Of a stretch of 64,000 nucleotides of DNA, positions 62,857-64,000 are shown one piece after another. The notes under the pieces are model-generated. The model was not told where the DNA came from. It ran no database searches and saw only the letters and a program-made list of their open reading frames with translations. The translations under genes were made by a program, and so were the position numbers. Position 1 is the stretch's first letter. Each line of letters starts with the position of its first letter. The DNA is from Geosiphon pyriformis uo1 (lineage: Eukaryota > Fungi > Glomeromycota): NCBI GenBank assembly GCA_016748015.1, contig JAAOMT010000608.1, forward strand, positions 62,001 through 126,000. The letters are read 5' to 3'.

Positions 62857-64000
62857 TTTTCAAAAGTAAACAGTGAACATACAAAAAAGTTTGAACAGCA
62901 CCCCGGTCAGCTATAATATCAAAAGTATCCCGGGTATTTTATTTTCTCACTAGTTTTTATTGAATTAAAAATATCTTATAATGAAACGAAATGAATTAAA
63001 GTACAATGAGAAAAACTTCCGAAAAAAGCCAATACCCGAATTTTTGGTCAATCACAAAATATGCACAATCAATAAACCGGGAAACGCCAGTGTAACTCCA
63101 GGGATTAAACATTGAGCTAATTATTATTTATTATAAGATAGAAAAGTTTGTATGAGGAATAGGAGGACGACGACAACGATATCTTGGAAAAAAAAAAAGG
63201 TTTCAAGTCACTAAAATTGTACATTTCAAAAGGGACAGCCATGGTCTTTTTGAATCAGACTTTACCCTGCATGGCGACATCTGTGCCAAAAATGGTTCTA
63301 AATTTTATCCCCTAACTAGATTTGATGCTTTAGTAGACCTAAAATTCATTGACTTGTTCTTCAGCTGGTTAAAGCTTATTATCAAGATTGGCAAATTTAA
63401 TAATTACAAATTTGTTTAAAAATTTCCGGTATTCTATTATTGAGCCTTTCATTTTGAAGCTTTCGCGCTTTGGTAACGGTCTGGAACCAAAAAAAATTAA
63501 GGTTTTTCAGGAGGCTGAATTTAAATCAAGGGCGTTATTCAATAACGCGACTATGGGTTTTTAATTTCTTTCAAATGTAATTTCTTTAATGAACATGAAT
63601 TAACCACTTATGATTTTCGTTTAGTTAATTTAAGATAAAATTGAAAATTTACTATTGATTTTGAACTTCTCAACCATCCAAGAAAGGATATATTCCTTTT
63701 CAACCTTTACAAGGCCTAAATTCAAAGAAATTTTGTTATATATATATTATATGGTTTTATTTATCAACCTCTTTGCATTTTAACAACGAATCTATGGTTT
63801 TTTATTACCTAAAAAAAATCTAATCTTCTTCAATATTTTGAAGCTGTTTTTTGTGATAAAAAACTTCTTTTGAAAAAACTTTTGCCGCTACCAAATTTCC
63901 AGATGTGGATGACAAAGGCAAGATTCGATATCAAAGAAAATTTGTGAAATAAAAAGTTTTTCATTATCAGTTAAATTCTCAACTTTTTTTTTTTTTTTTT

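Overview
Very AT-rich eukaryotic genomic DNA with short GT-AG introns. It is most consistent with a Glomeromycotina-type fungus (inference from the TKL-type kinase with a WxSG..DID..EYIPY N-terminus, a Sel1-repeat protein and divergent lipase_3 paralogues). No CRISPR array, rRNA or intact tRNA was seen. Supported genes, in order: 3' part of an atypical cytochrome P450, an Ecl1-family Zn-finger protein, a small secreted Asn/Gly protein, an intronless 574-aa membrane protein, a Gly-Asn repeat protein, a 2OG-Fe(II) dioxygenase, a probable pseudokinase, an SDR, NADPH oxidase NoxB, a decayed Tc1/mariner transposase, two head-to-head lipase_3-fold genes, a GH13 alpha-amylase broken by an 890-nt N gap, a Sel1-like repeat protein and a small orphan ORF. 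Most notable: (i) a P450 with a CYP152-like extended heme loop and no I-helix acid-Thr pair; (ii) lipase-fold paralogues whose nucleophile Ser is replaced by Cys or Thr; (iii) two Gly-Asn repeat microproteins sharing an NGNFN motif that bracket the orphan membrane-protein gene; (iv) a GC-richer non-coding island (about 9.4-11.2 kb) of three different tandem arrays beside a motif-dense promoter-like segment. Exon boundaries were read by eye and no searches were run.
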